In this document: positions 51,315 to 60,812 of the stretch, piece after piece | Numbering within the stretch: position 1 is the stretch's first letter | Layout of the letters: every line of letters starts with the position of its first letter | Origin: an uncultured Bacilli bacterium | Lineage (GTDB): Bacteria; Bacillota_I; Bacilli_A; ML615J-28; CAG-698 | Direction of reading: 5' to 3' | Length of the DNA stretch: 64,000 bases | NCBI GenBank assembly: GCA_947627195.1 | Contig: CANQVC010000003.1 | Span: 9,871 to 73,870, forward strand | The notes under the pieces: model-generated | The model's database searches: none | Told to the model about the DNA's origin: nothing | What the model saw: only the letters and a program-made list of their open reading frames with translations | Translations under genes and position numbers: made by a program

Positions 51315-52370
51315 TTATTCAAACATTGTATCTAAATGAGTAAAGATATAATTTGCTAATCTTGCTCTGAATGGAATAATTTTATTATTTTGTCTTGTAG
51401 GATGTACACGGTTACTTAAAACGCAATATGCTACTTTATTTTGACGATCAATGACAATATTAGTGCCAGTAAAACCTGTATGCATAATCGTTTCATCACT
51501 AGCAAATTCTCCACAACAACATTGTTTTCCTTTCACAATCCAACCTATTCCTCTTCGATATGTATCTAAACTAATTCCTTCTTTTTCTTCTACTTGGGGT
51601 TTAAAGAATAAATCGATACTTTGTTTAGACAATATTCTTTTTCCTTTGTACATACCATTATCTAAAATCATTTTAAGAAAATGACTTAAATCTTTAACAC
51701 AACTGAATAAACCAGCATGGCCTGCAACACCATCTAATGTATGAGCAACTTCATCATGAACATAGCCACGATCTATTTTGTCACCTCTATCTTCAGTAGG
51801 GGCACATCTATTTACATCAGTTGGACAATACCCTGAATCAAACATTTCTAAAGGTTCAAGCAAGTTCTCTTTCACAAACTTATCTAATGGCATATTACTT
51901 ACTTTTTCAATAATCCATCCAAGTAAAATAAATCCTAAATCAGAATAAACCATTTTAGTGTTTTTTTCATATTCCTTTTCACAACTCATGATATTATCAT
52001 ATAATTCTTGTTTGGACAAGAAATGTCCATTTATTAAATCAGCTGGTAAACCAGAAGTATGAGTTAATAAATCCCATATTGTAACATCTTTATGAATAAA
52101 ATCAGGAAGAAATACTGATACATAATCATATAAACGAATCAATCCTCTTTCAGCTAACATCATTATTGAACTTGTTGTGGCAACAACTTTTGTACATGAT
52201 GCCATATCATAAAGAGTATTAATATCATTATCTTCTTCAACTGGATATAAACTCTTTTTGCCATATGCATGAAAATAAGTTTTGTCATTAATTATTAAAC
52301 ATAATGTTGCTCCAGGAAATACTCCATCTTTAACTGCTTTAGTCATTATTTCATTAACTTTTTCAATCAT
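51315..52370 (-). CDS. Beta-lactamase-fold serine hydrolase (AmiE-like)
   Basis: SCTK, LLTHTSG, YSD, GHAGLFS, HTGFTG. Confidence 0.8.
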   Translation of the reverse strand: MIEKVNEIMTKAVKDGVFPGATLCLIINDKTYFHAYGKKSLYPVEEDNDINTLYDMASCTKVVATTSSIMMLAERGLIRLYDYVSVFLPDFIHKDVTIWDLLTHTSGLPADLINGHFLSKQELYDNIMSCEKEYEKNTKMVYSDLGFILLGWIIEKVSNMPLDKFVKENLLEPLEMFDSGYCPTDVNRCAPTEDRGDKIDRGYVHDEVAHTLDGVAGHAGLFSCVKDLSHFLKMILDNGMYKGKRILSKQSIDLFFKPQVEEKEGISLDTYRRGIGWIVKGKQCCCGEFASDETIMHTGFTGTNIVIDRQNKVAYCVLSNRVHPTRQNNKIIPFRARLANYIFTHLDTMFE

Positions 52371-52378
52371 ATTGCCTC

Positions 52379-54583
52379 CTAATCTTCTGATGTCATAACT
52401 ATCTTATCATGATAACGACGATAGAAATTTTGGTAACATATTTTATCAATATCTTCTTCACTTAATCCTATTTTTTGCATTCCTTCTATAATACGATAAG
52501 CAAATGTTGCATCTTTTACTTCTTCTAAATTACTATTAGGAAAATCAGATAAATAATCCATAAAATCAAATCCAAAGCACACATTATCAACGCCCATAAT
52601 AGAAATAGCATATTTTAAATGTTCTAAAAAGCGATCTAATGTTTGATTGTTTTCATCTTTATCAACAAAATTATTAGCTAATGTCAATCCTAATAAACCA
52701 TCAACTTTCTTTAAAGCTTTCATTTGATCATCAGTGACATTTCTAACATGAGAACATAATTTCTTTACATTTCCATGGGAATAAATAATATTTTTATTAA
52801 CTACTTTTAAAGCATCATAAAAACTTTTTTCGTTTAGATGAGCTAAATCAATAATCATTCCTAATTGTTCCATTCTTTTTAGTAGACGAATTCCTTCTTC
52901 AGTAAAGCCTCTTTCAGGATTAGATTTAGCTCCTGTTGCATATTTATTTTCTTCATTCCATGTTACCATAGCATGACGAAATCCCATATTGTATAAAATA
53001 TCAATATCTTCAACACATTTTAAATTTCTTAAGCCTTCTAGTCCTAATACTACTTTAAAATTGGCAAGTTCTTTTAAATTGATTTCTTTTAATGCTATTT
53101 TACATGCTTCAATTAAGTCAAAGTCATTTGGTGAATACATTGTAAATATACTACCTTTAATAACACTTTGTGATAATTGTGGGACATGATATTTTTCAAA
53201 ACGATGATCAATTCCTTTTGTTTTGTTTGTCCATAAATCATATAACATATCACTATGACAATCAAACATACGTTTTATCGGAGTAGAAATCATTGTTCGA
53301 CATAAATCTTCATATTCTTCACGACGGATTGTTAAATGGACATGATCATTATTAACAAAAATAACAGCTCCACGTACCATGCCATTGTAATTTGAACTCA
53401 TAGAATAACCATATGCTCCAGTACAATATGTAACTAAAACATCATTTTCTTTAACTTTTGTTAATGGATAATCAGTAACAATAATATCCCCAGATTCACA
53501 GCATGGTCCAACTACATCAACAATTTCTTTATCTTGAATATTTTCATCAACATGATTAGCTATATCAACACTATATTTGGCTTGATATAAAGCAGGGCGA
53601 ATATTATCAGTCATTCCGCCATCAACGAAAACATATTTTTTACCTCCATATGTTTTCTTTGTTCCACCAACTGTATATAATGTGAAGCCAGCATCACCAA
53701 CAATACTTCGACCAGGTTCAATCATGACTTTTTTTAAACTTAAATGATATTTATCAATAAATGAATCAATAGTATTAGTAATGGCTTTAACCATTGATGC
53801 TAAATCTATTTCAGTATCTTCATTAGTATATTGAATGCCAAATCCTCCACCAAGATTTAAAACTTCAAATGAACAATTATTTCTTTCTTCTACATCTTTC
53901 ATGAAATTTAAAAGGGTACTTGTGGCATCTTGAAAACTTTTAGGTTGATGAATATTCGAACCAATATGACTATGAAAACCTAATAATGTTAAATATTGGC
54001 TTTCATTTGCTTTTTTAACTATTTTATCAATTTTATCTTTATCAAAAATTGATTCACCAAACTTACTACTTAATAAAGATGTTTGAATATATTCATGAGT
54101 ATGAGCACTAATACCAGGATTAACGCGTAATAAAATGGATACTTTAGTATTTTCTTCTTGAGCAATCTTTTCTAACTCTTCTATTTCTTCTAAATGGTCA
54201 ACAACAATATAACCAACATGATGTTTAATTGCATATTTTAATTCACTTGTCGTTTTATTGTTTCCATGTAAAACTACTTTTTCCATTGGAAATCCACTAC
54301 GATTAATTATGTATAAATCTCCTTCACTTACACTATCTAATCCCATACCATATTCATGTATTATTTGCATCATATATGGACATAAAAAAGCTTTAGTAGC
54401 ATAAACTGTCATACATTCATATTTATTACTTTGAAAATTTTCTTTTAAAACATCTAATTTATGACGAATGTGTTTTTCATCATAAACATATAATGGTGTT
54501 TTATATCTAGTTGCTAATTCTTGCAATTTAAATGAACCAACATATAATTCATTATTTTGAACTTTCATAGAGATTGTTCTCAT
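52379..54583 (-). CDS. lysA: Diaminopimelate decarboxylase fused to M19 metallo-dipeptidase
   Basis: N-half YATKAF, HSHIGS, EPGR, CESGD, GAYG; C-half DCHSD, LEG, DLAH, YSHGN, RN, GFDF. Confidence 0.9.
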   Translation of the reverse strand: MRTISMKVQNNELYVGSFKLQELATRYKTPLYVYDEKHIRHKLDVLKENFQSNKYECMTVYATKAFLCPYMMQIIHEYGMGLDSVSEGDLYIINRSGFPMEKVVLHGNNKTTSELKYAIKHHVGYIVVDHLEEIEELEKIAQEENTKVSILLRVNPGISAHTHEYIQTSLLSSKFGESIFDKDKIDKIVKKANESQYLTLLGFHSHIGSNIHQPKSFQDATSTLLNFMKDVEERNNCSFEVLNLGGGFGIQYTNEDTEIDLASMVKAITNTIDSFIDKYHLSLKKVMIEPGRSIVGDAGFTLYTVGGTKKTYGGKKYVFVDGGMTDNIRPALYQAKYSVDIANHVDENIQDKEIVDVVGPCCESGDIIVTDYPLTKVKENDVLVTYCTGAYGYSMSSNYNGMVRGAVIFVNNDHVHLTIRREEYEDLCRTMISTPIKRMFDCHSDMLYDLWTNKTKGIDHRFEKYHVPQLSQSVIKGSIFTMYSPNDFDLIEACKIALKEINLKELANFKVVLGLEGLRNLKCVEDIDILYNMGFRHAMVTWNEENKYATGAKSNPERGFTEEGIRLLKRMEQLGMIIDLAHLNEKSFYDALKVVNKNIIYSHGNVKKLCSHVRNVTDDQMKALKKVDGLLGLTLANNFVDKDENNQTLDRFLEHLKYAISIMGVDNVCFGFDFMDYLSDFPNSNLEEVKDATFAYRIIEGMQKIGLSEEDIDKICYQNFYRRYHDKIVMTSED

Positions 54584-54621
54584 TATAAATCACTCTCCTA
54601 GTTTTTATTATATCATATTTA

Positions 54622-55593
54622 TTAGTAATTGTTAATCAAATCATTTGTAAGATTATTAATTAAATCTAAAAATTCATCTTTTGTATGAACATACATAAGT
54701 TTTGTTTTAAATTCTTTAGCATTTGCCATTCCTTTAACATACCAAGCTGCTAATGTTCTCATTTCTAAAACTGCTATTTTTTCAGTCTTTAATTCAACTA
54801 AATCTAAAAAATGTTTTTTAAGAACATTTAGTTTTTCCATATTTGTTGGTGGAGTATATAAAACGTTTTGTAAATGACATTGAAATTCTTTAAATATCCA
54901 AGGATTACCTAATGATGCTCTACCAATCATTACAGCATCTACTCCTGTCTTTAACATATTATCTAAATCATCAGTTGTCTTAATATCACCATTACCAATA
55001 ACAGGAATATTGACACTTTCCTTGACTTTTTTAATAATATCTAAAGATGCAGAGCCATGGTATAAATCACTTTTGGTTCTACCATGAATGGTAATACCAC
55101 TAGCGCCAGCTTCCTCCATGGCTTTGGCCATTTCAACACAATTAATACTTTGATGATCCCATCCTGTTCTCATTTTTACTGTTACTGGTTTAGCTATATT
55201 ATTAACTATTTTATTAACAATTTCTTTGGCATGAGAAATGTTTTTCATTAAATAAGATCCACTTTCAGCTTTAATGACTTTTTTAACAGGGCAACCCATA
55301 TTTATATCAATAATATCACAATTAGTTCTTTTTTCAATTTCTTTAGAAGCTTTAACCATTTCATCAATATTGGAACCAAATAATTGAATACTAACTGGAT
55401 GTTCATTTTCATCTATTTTACACATTTCCCATGTTTTATCATTTTCATATAATAATCCTTTATCACTTATCATTTCTGATGTTGTTAATGAAGCACCATA
55501 TTGATGACATAATAAACGATATACTTGATTAGTATATCCTGCCATTGGGGCTAATACTAATTTACCTTGAATATTAACATTACCAATTTTCAT
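54622..55593 (-). CDS. dusB: tRNA-dihydrouridine synthase
   Basis: LAPMAG, DINMGCP, IHGRT, GNGDI, MIGR. Confidence 0.92.
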   Translation of the reverse strand: MKIGNVNIQGKLVLAPMAGYTNQVYRLLCHQYGASLTTSEMISDKGLLYENDKTWEMCKIDENEHPVSIQLFGSNIDEMVKASKEIEKRTNCDIIDINMGCPVKKVIKAESGSYLMKNISHAKEIVNKIVNNIAKPVTVKMRTGWDHQSINCVEMAKAMEEAGASGITIHGRTKSDLYHGSASLDIIKKVKESVNIPVIGNGDIKTTDDLDNMLKTGVDAVMIGRASLGNPWIFKEFQCHLQNVLYTPPTNMEKLNVLKKHFLDLVELKTEKIAVLEMRTLAAWYVKGMANAKEFKTKLMYVHTKDEFLDLINNLTNDLINNY

Positions 55594-55607
55594 TTTAACA
55601 CCTATAA

Positions 55608-57164
55608 TTATAATAACAATATTGTTGCTAATAAGAAATATGTAGCAATTGCTATCATATCATTTAATGTTGTAATAAGAGGACCACTAGCAGCAGTTGG
55701 ATCTATATGAATCATGTTAAAGAATATTGGCATTAAACTACCAAATAAACTTGAAAGAGACATTGATAAAAAGATTGAAACAGCAACAATTAAGGAAATC
55801 ATCCAAATTGGATTGTTATCTTTAGATGATATTAGTAAATATAAATATACGACAATAAATGAACCTATTCCTAAAAAGAATCCTAATGATATACCATTTC
55901 TTAGTTCTTTTAAAATATATATTATTTTTTGTTTTTTGGTTTGAATCAGTTGACTAGAAATATTTCTAACACAAATAGCTAAACTTTGCGTACCAACATT
56001 TCCAGCTAATCCTAAAACAATTGGTTGAAATAATACTAATATTGTAGCTTTATTAATCATATTTTCAAATGAAGATATGACTAAACAAACAAATATATCT
56101 AATATACATAAAATTAATAACCAAGAAATACGTCTCTTTAATTTAGAAAAAATACTTTCTTCTGATTCATGTTCACCACTTAAACCAGCTAATTGATTAT
56201 ATTCTTCTTCTCTTGTTTCATGTAAGGCTCTAAATGCATCATCAATAGTAATAATTCCTTCAATTTGTCCATTCTTTAATACAGGAAGTGAATATATATC
56301 ATAATCATTAACAATAGAAACTACTTTTTCAACTGTATCGTCAACTTCAACTCTTTTACAATTTTCATTTGTAATATCTTTTACTAAACAAGGAGATTTA
56401 GTAACTATTAACTTTTTAAAATCTAATACACCAATAAATTTATGATCAAGTGATACAAATAAAGGATTAATATTTTCTACTTCTTTAGCTTTTTGTAATA
56501 ATATTTTCATCGCTTCTTTAACATCCATCATTCCATCTAATAAAATAAAATTAGTATCCATGATAGAACCTGCTTCATCATCAGAATATTTCGCTAATTC
56601 AGTTAATTCCTGTTTTGCTTCTTCATCCATTAAATTTAAATATTGTTCTTTATCATCTTGTTCTAATTCATTGATAATATCAACTGCATCATCAACATCA
56701 AGATTTTCTAAAACATCACTAGCTTTTTCTTGACTTAATTCAGTTATATAAATTGCAGCATCATCTTCTTCAAATTCACCAAAAATATCTGATAATTGTT
56801 CGATATTAAATAATTTATAAAAATGATTTCTTTTGTCTTCAGTCATTTCTTCTAAATATTTCGCAATATCTTTGGGATGCATTGATTTAATATTATCTTG
56901 AAATTGTTTAATATGTTCAATTGTTTTATTATCAACAATATGTAAATAATAATGATTTTTTAAAGAAGATAAAACATAATTTTTTCTTTCATCATTTAGA
57001 TATGATAAATATTCTTTTCTTTCTTGAAGATTATTTAAAAAGAATTGCCTTAATTCATAATTACTAAATGATTGCAATAATTCTTTTTTCTCTAGATCAG
57101 ATAATGAATTAATAAATTTATTTTGTTCTAATTCATTTTTCTTAAAAAATTCTTCTTTAATCAT
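55608..57164 (-). CDS. mgtE: Magnesium transporter MgtE with N-terminal extension
   Basis: CBS pair, GNVGTQS, DPTAASGPLITTLND. Confidence 0.9.
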   Translation of the reverse strand: MIKEEFFKKNELEQNKFINSLSDLEKKELLQSFSNYELRQFFLNNLQERKEYLSYLNDERKNYVLSSLKNHYYLHIVDNKTIEHIKQFQDNIKSMHPKDIAKYLEEMTEDKRNHFYKLFNIEQLSDIFGEFEEDDAAIYITELSQEKASDVLENLDVDDAVDIINELEQDDKEQYLNLMDEEAKQELTELAKYSDDEAGSIMDTNFILLDGMMDVKEAMKILLQKAKEVENINPLFVSLDHKFIGVLDFKKLIVTKSPCLVKDITNENCKRVEVDDTVEKVVSIVNDYDIYSLPVLKNGQIEGIITIDDAFRALHETREEEYNQLAGLSGEHESEESIFSKLKRRISWLLILCILDIFVCLVISSFENMINKATILVLFQPIVLGLAGNVGTQSLAICVRNISSQLIQTKKQKIIYILKELRNGISLGFFLGIGSFIVVYLYLLISSKDNNPIWMISLIVAVSIFLSMSLSSLFGSLMPIFFNMIHIDPTAASGPLITTLNDMIAIATYFLLATILLL

Positions 57165-58525
57165 TAAATGAATCCTCCAACAATTAATATTAAATATGCT
57201 AATGTATAATATATAACAACACCAAACATATCATTTAAAGTTGTAATAAATGGACCACTAGCTACAGCAGGATCAATATGAATTTTTTCTAAGAAAATAG
57301 GAACAATTGAGCCAATAAAATTAGATAATGTAATTGCTAGCATCATTGAAAGAGCAACCACTAAAGAAATCATGATAATTTTTCCATCAGTTTTCTTAAT
57401 TAACATAAATATATAAGTAATAATAAAACTACAGATTGCTAATAAAATACCACTTAATAAGCCAGATATAAATTCTTTTCTTAAATATTTGTGAATTATT
57501 TTTTTATTATTTAAATCACCTTTAGATATACTAACAACCGATGTTGCTAATGATTGAGTACCAGCATTTCCCCCCATATCTAAAATTAATGATTGAAAGA
57601 ATACTAAAGATGTAGCAACAGCAATAATTTCTTCAAAGAAGCCTAAGATTGTTGATACGAGGAAACTTAATAAAAGTAATATAAATAACCAAGGTAAACG
57701 AGAACGAAATATTGATAAAAATTCACCTTTGTTTTTACCACTTAAACCAGCTAATTTATCATAATCTTCTGTTACTTCTTCATCTAAATAATCAATTGCA
57801 TCATCAATGGTAATAATACCTACTAATTTATTATCATCTAAAACAGCAAGTACTGTTAAATGATATTCTTTTAAAAGAAAAACTGCGTCTTTGATATCAT
57901 CTTTGGCATTTATTGTTTTGAAATTTGTTATCATTATATTTTGAATATTTTCATCTTTATTGGCAACAATTAAATCTTTTAAAGAAACAATTCCTTTTAA
58001 ATGCTCATCTTCATCAACAATAAATAAATAATCAATTAATTCTTGTTCATTAGATTCTTTAATTAATTTTTTCATTACGTCTTTAGCAACCATTGGATTA
58101 TTTATACTAAAGAAATGATTATTCATAATTGAGCCAGCCATTGTTTCATCATATTTAGTTAATTCTTTTATATCCAAAAATGTGTCATCATCTAAATATT
58201 TTAAAACTTTATTTCGATTCTTATCATCTAATGCTTGAATGACATCTACTGCATCATCAGATTCCATGGCTGATAAAATTTCAGCACTATCATGTTCATC
58301 TAAATGTTCAATTATTGGTAATGTATCTTCAACATCTAAATAACTAATTATATCAGCAAATTCTAAAGGATTTAAAGCTTGTTTTATTTTTTCTTGTTGT
58401 TCTAAACTTAAATCCATAAATATATTAGCAATATCATACGGATGGTATTCGATAAGTTTATCATGCAATATTGATAAATTTTCTTCATTTAAATCTTCTA
58501 ATATTTGTTCATTAATATCAATCAT
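57164..58525 (-). CDS. mgtE: Magnesium transporter MgtE
   Basis: HPYDIA, CBS pair, GGNAGTQS, DPAVASGPFITTLND. Confidence 0.92.
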   Translation of the reverse strand: MIDINEQILEDLNEENLSILHDKLIEYHPYDIANIFMDLSLEQQEKIKQALNPLEFADIISYLDVEDTLPIIEHLDEHDSAEILSAMESDDAVDVIQALDDKNRNKVLKYLDDDTFLDIKELTKYDETMAGSIMNNHFFSINNPMVAKDVMKKLIKESNEQELIDYLFIVDEDEHLKGIVSLKDLIVANKDENIQNIMITNFKTINAKDDIKDAVFLLKEYHLTVLAVLDDNKLVGIITIDDAIDYLDEEVTEDYDKLAGLSGKNKGEFLSIFRSRLPWLFILLLLSFLVSTILGFFEEIIAVATSLVFFQSLILDMGGNAGTQSLATSVVSISKGDLNNKKIIHKYLRKEFISGLLSGILLAICSFIITYIFMLIKKTDGKIIMISLVVALSMMLAITLSNFIGSIVPIFLEKIHIDPAVASGPFITTLNDMFGVVIYYTLAYLILIVGGFI

Positions 58526-58670
58526 ATCAATACCTCCATTTCATGTAATTACTTATCATATTATACCATTTTATCCTTAGAAATAGAAGACAGAAATTAA
58601 AAATTTAAAAAATTCTACCTAACATTTGAATATTGCTTGGTAGAATATATTATTACATAATATTTAATGA

Positions 58671-59336
58671 TTAAAAATCTTCATATATTATTAATCCATC
58701 AATTAGCTTAGATATATCAGTATCATCCAAAATATTATCTTTTTCAACAACACAAGGAATGTTTTTAATATGTTTAATATTATTAATTTCATTAATATTA
58801 TTAACTTTGTTACTATTAGAAGAATTTGTTACAACATATATAAAACCTAGAGCATCTTTAGTAATCATTTCAATTCTATCTAAAGATTTACTAGAAATTA
58901 TAGATATGTAATCGACATCATATTTTTTAGAAATCAAAGAAAATTCTTCTTTTTCTTCATATGGAACATCTAATAATATAATGCCATTTACAATATTATG
59001 ACATTTTTTAAAAAATTTATCAGTACCATATGAAAATACTACATTAGCATAAGTTACAAAAACAATTAATATGTCAATATCCTTTTTAATATTTTCTAGA
59101 AAATCAAAAATATCATCTGTTGTTATTCCTTGTTTTAAAGCTCTAATACTTTGTTCTTTTATTTTATCACTTTCTAATGTTGGATCAGAAAATGGTATAC
59201 CTAATTCAATCATTTTATAACCTTTTTTATAAACGTTATAAATGATTTCTTTAGTAACATTAAGATTAGGATCACCACACATTATATATGGAATTTTAAT
59301 TTGTCCATTATTAAAAATATCCCTAATTTTATTCAT
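58671..59336 (-). CDS. trpA: Degenerate tryptophan synthase alpha subunit
   Basis: [13 protein letters not shown] present; GVTG, GFGI and GS motifs absent; start at ATG 59336 after GGGGAGG. Confidence 0.8.
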   Translation of the reverse strand: MNKIRDIFNNGQIKIPYIMCGDPNLNVTKEIIYNVYKKGYKMIELGIPFSDPTLESDKIKEQSIRALKQGITTDDIFDFLENIKKDIDILIVFVTYANVVFSYGTDKFFKKCHNIVNGIILLDVPYEEKEEFSLISKKYDVDYISIISSKSLDRIEMITKDALGFIYVVTNSSNSNKVNNINEINNIKHIKNIPCVVEKDNILDDTDISKLIDGLIIYEDF

Positions 59337-60519
59337 GAATTTCCTCCCCTCTATATCTAGCAATTGATAAACAATCTTTATCTCCTCTACCAGATATTGT
59401 AATAACTATTATTTTATCTTTACTCATTTCTTTAGCTAATTTTATGCCATAACTGACAGCATGTGATGATTCGATTGCGGGAATTATTCCTTCTGTTTTA
59501 GATAAATATTCAAATGCTTGAACAGCTTCTATATCTGTAATAGCGACATATTTTACTCTACCAATATCATGTAAATATGCATGTTCTGGACCAATGCCTG
59601 GATAATCTAATCCTGCTGATATTGAATATACTGGGGCAATTTGTCCATATTTATCTTGGCAAAAGTATGATTTCATGCCATGAAATATACCAACACTACC
59701 TGTATTGATTGTAGCAGCTGTTTCAAAAGTATCTATTCCTCTTCCAGCTGCTTCGCAACCAATTAATTCTACTTCTTTATCTTCAATAAAGTGGTAAAAT
59801 GAACCAATAGCATTAGATCCTCCTCCTACACATGCTATAATAGCATTAGGTAATCTATTTTCTTTTAATAATATTTGTTCTTTAATTTCTTTGGAAATAA
59901 CAGCTTGAAAATCACGAACAATAGTAGGAAAAGGATGAGGCCCTACTGCTGATCCTAAACAATAATGAGTATCTTCAATTCTTTTACACCATTCACCCAT
60001 TGCCATTGATACGGCATCTTTTAATGTTCCTGTGCCATTATTAACTGATATTACTTTTGCACCTAATAATCTCATTTTATAAACATTTAATGATTGACGT
60101 TTTATATCTTCTTTACCCATATATATTTCACATTCCATATCCATTAAAGCTGCAGCAGTAGCAGTTGCAACCCCATGTTGTCCAGCTCCAGTTTCCGCAA
60201 TCAATCTCTTTTTACCCATCTTTTTTGCTAGTAATGCTTGACCTAAAACATTATTAATTTTGTGAGCACCTGTATGATTTAAATCTTCTCTTTTTAAATA
60301 TATTTTAGCCCCACCTAAATCTTCTGTCATCTTTTTCGCAAAATATAATCTTGATGGTCTTGCTGCATATTCATTTAATAAAAAAGTTAATTCATTTTGA
60401 AATGATGAATCATTTTTATAATAATTATATGCCTGTTCTAATTCTATTATAGCATCCATTAACATTTCTGGTAAAAATTGCCCACCATGAATGCCAAATC
60501 TTCCTTTATTTTCTTTCAT
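59329..60519 (-). CDS. trpB: Tryptophan synthase beta subunit
   Basis: [37 protein letters not shown]. Confidence 0.97.
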   Translation of the reverse strand: MKENKGRFGIHGGQFLPEMLMDAIIELEQAYNYYKNDSSFQNELTFLLNEYAARPSRLYFAKKMTEDLGGAKIYLKREDLNHTGAHKINNVLGQALLAKKMGKKRLIAETGAGQHGVATATAAALMDMECEIYMGKEDIKRQSLNVYKMRLLGAKVISVNNGTGTLKDAVSMAMGEWCKRIEDTHYCLGSAVGPHPFPTIVRDFQAVISKEIKEQILLKENRLPNAIIACVGGGSNAIGSFYHFIEDKEVELIGCEAAGRGIDTFETAATINTGSVGIFHGMKSYFCQDKYGQIAPVYSISAGLDYPGIGPEHAYLHDIGRVKYVAITDIEAVQAFEYLSKTEGIIPAIESSHAVSYGIKLAKEMSKDKIIVITISGRGDKDCLSIARYRGEEIHE

Positions 60520-60544
60520 TTTATCACCTCATTATTTAAATTTA

Positions 60545-60806
60545 AAAAAGTCCTCGATAGAAAAAAATCTATCAAGGACGAATAATATTATCCGCGGTGC
60601 CACCTTGGTTTCACGAAAATCGTGCACTTTTTAGGATACTTACATATCCCTAGCAACTTACGTATGCTTTCACGTTGCAGAATAATTTGATATAAATCAT
60701 TTCACTGCACCCTCCACGGTCCATTTGACAAACTGTATCTTACCTGACTCTCACCATCACAGGCTCTCTTTGAAGTCATATTTGCCTTTATCTCCGTATC
60801 AACGGT
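60545..60806 (-). ncRNA. Trp T-box riboswitch with terminator
   Basis: AGAGAG and GGTGAGA stem I boxes, specifier TGG at 60721-60723, T-box AACCAAGGTGGCACCGCGG 60592-60610, terminator 60550-60579 + T run. Confidence 0.92.
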
Positions 60807-60812
60807 TTAAAA

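Noticed and set aside
58526-58670. M-box riboswitch upstream of mgtE
   Set aside because: Region is too short and lacks ykoK motifs; only a terminator-like hairpin and a -10 box.
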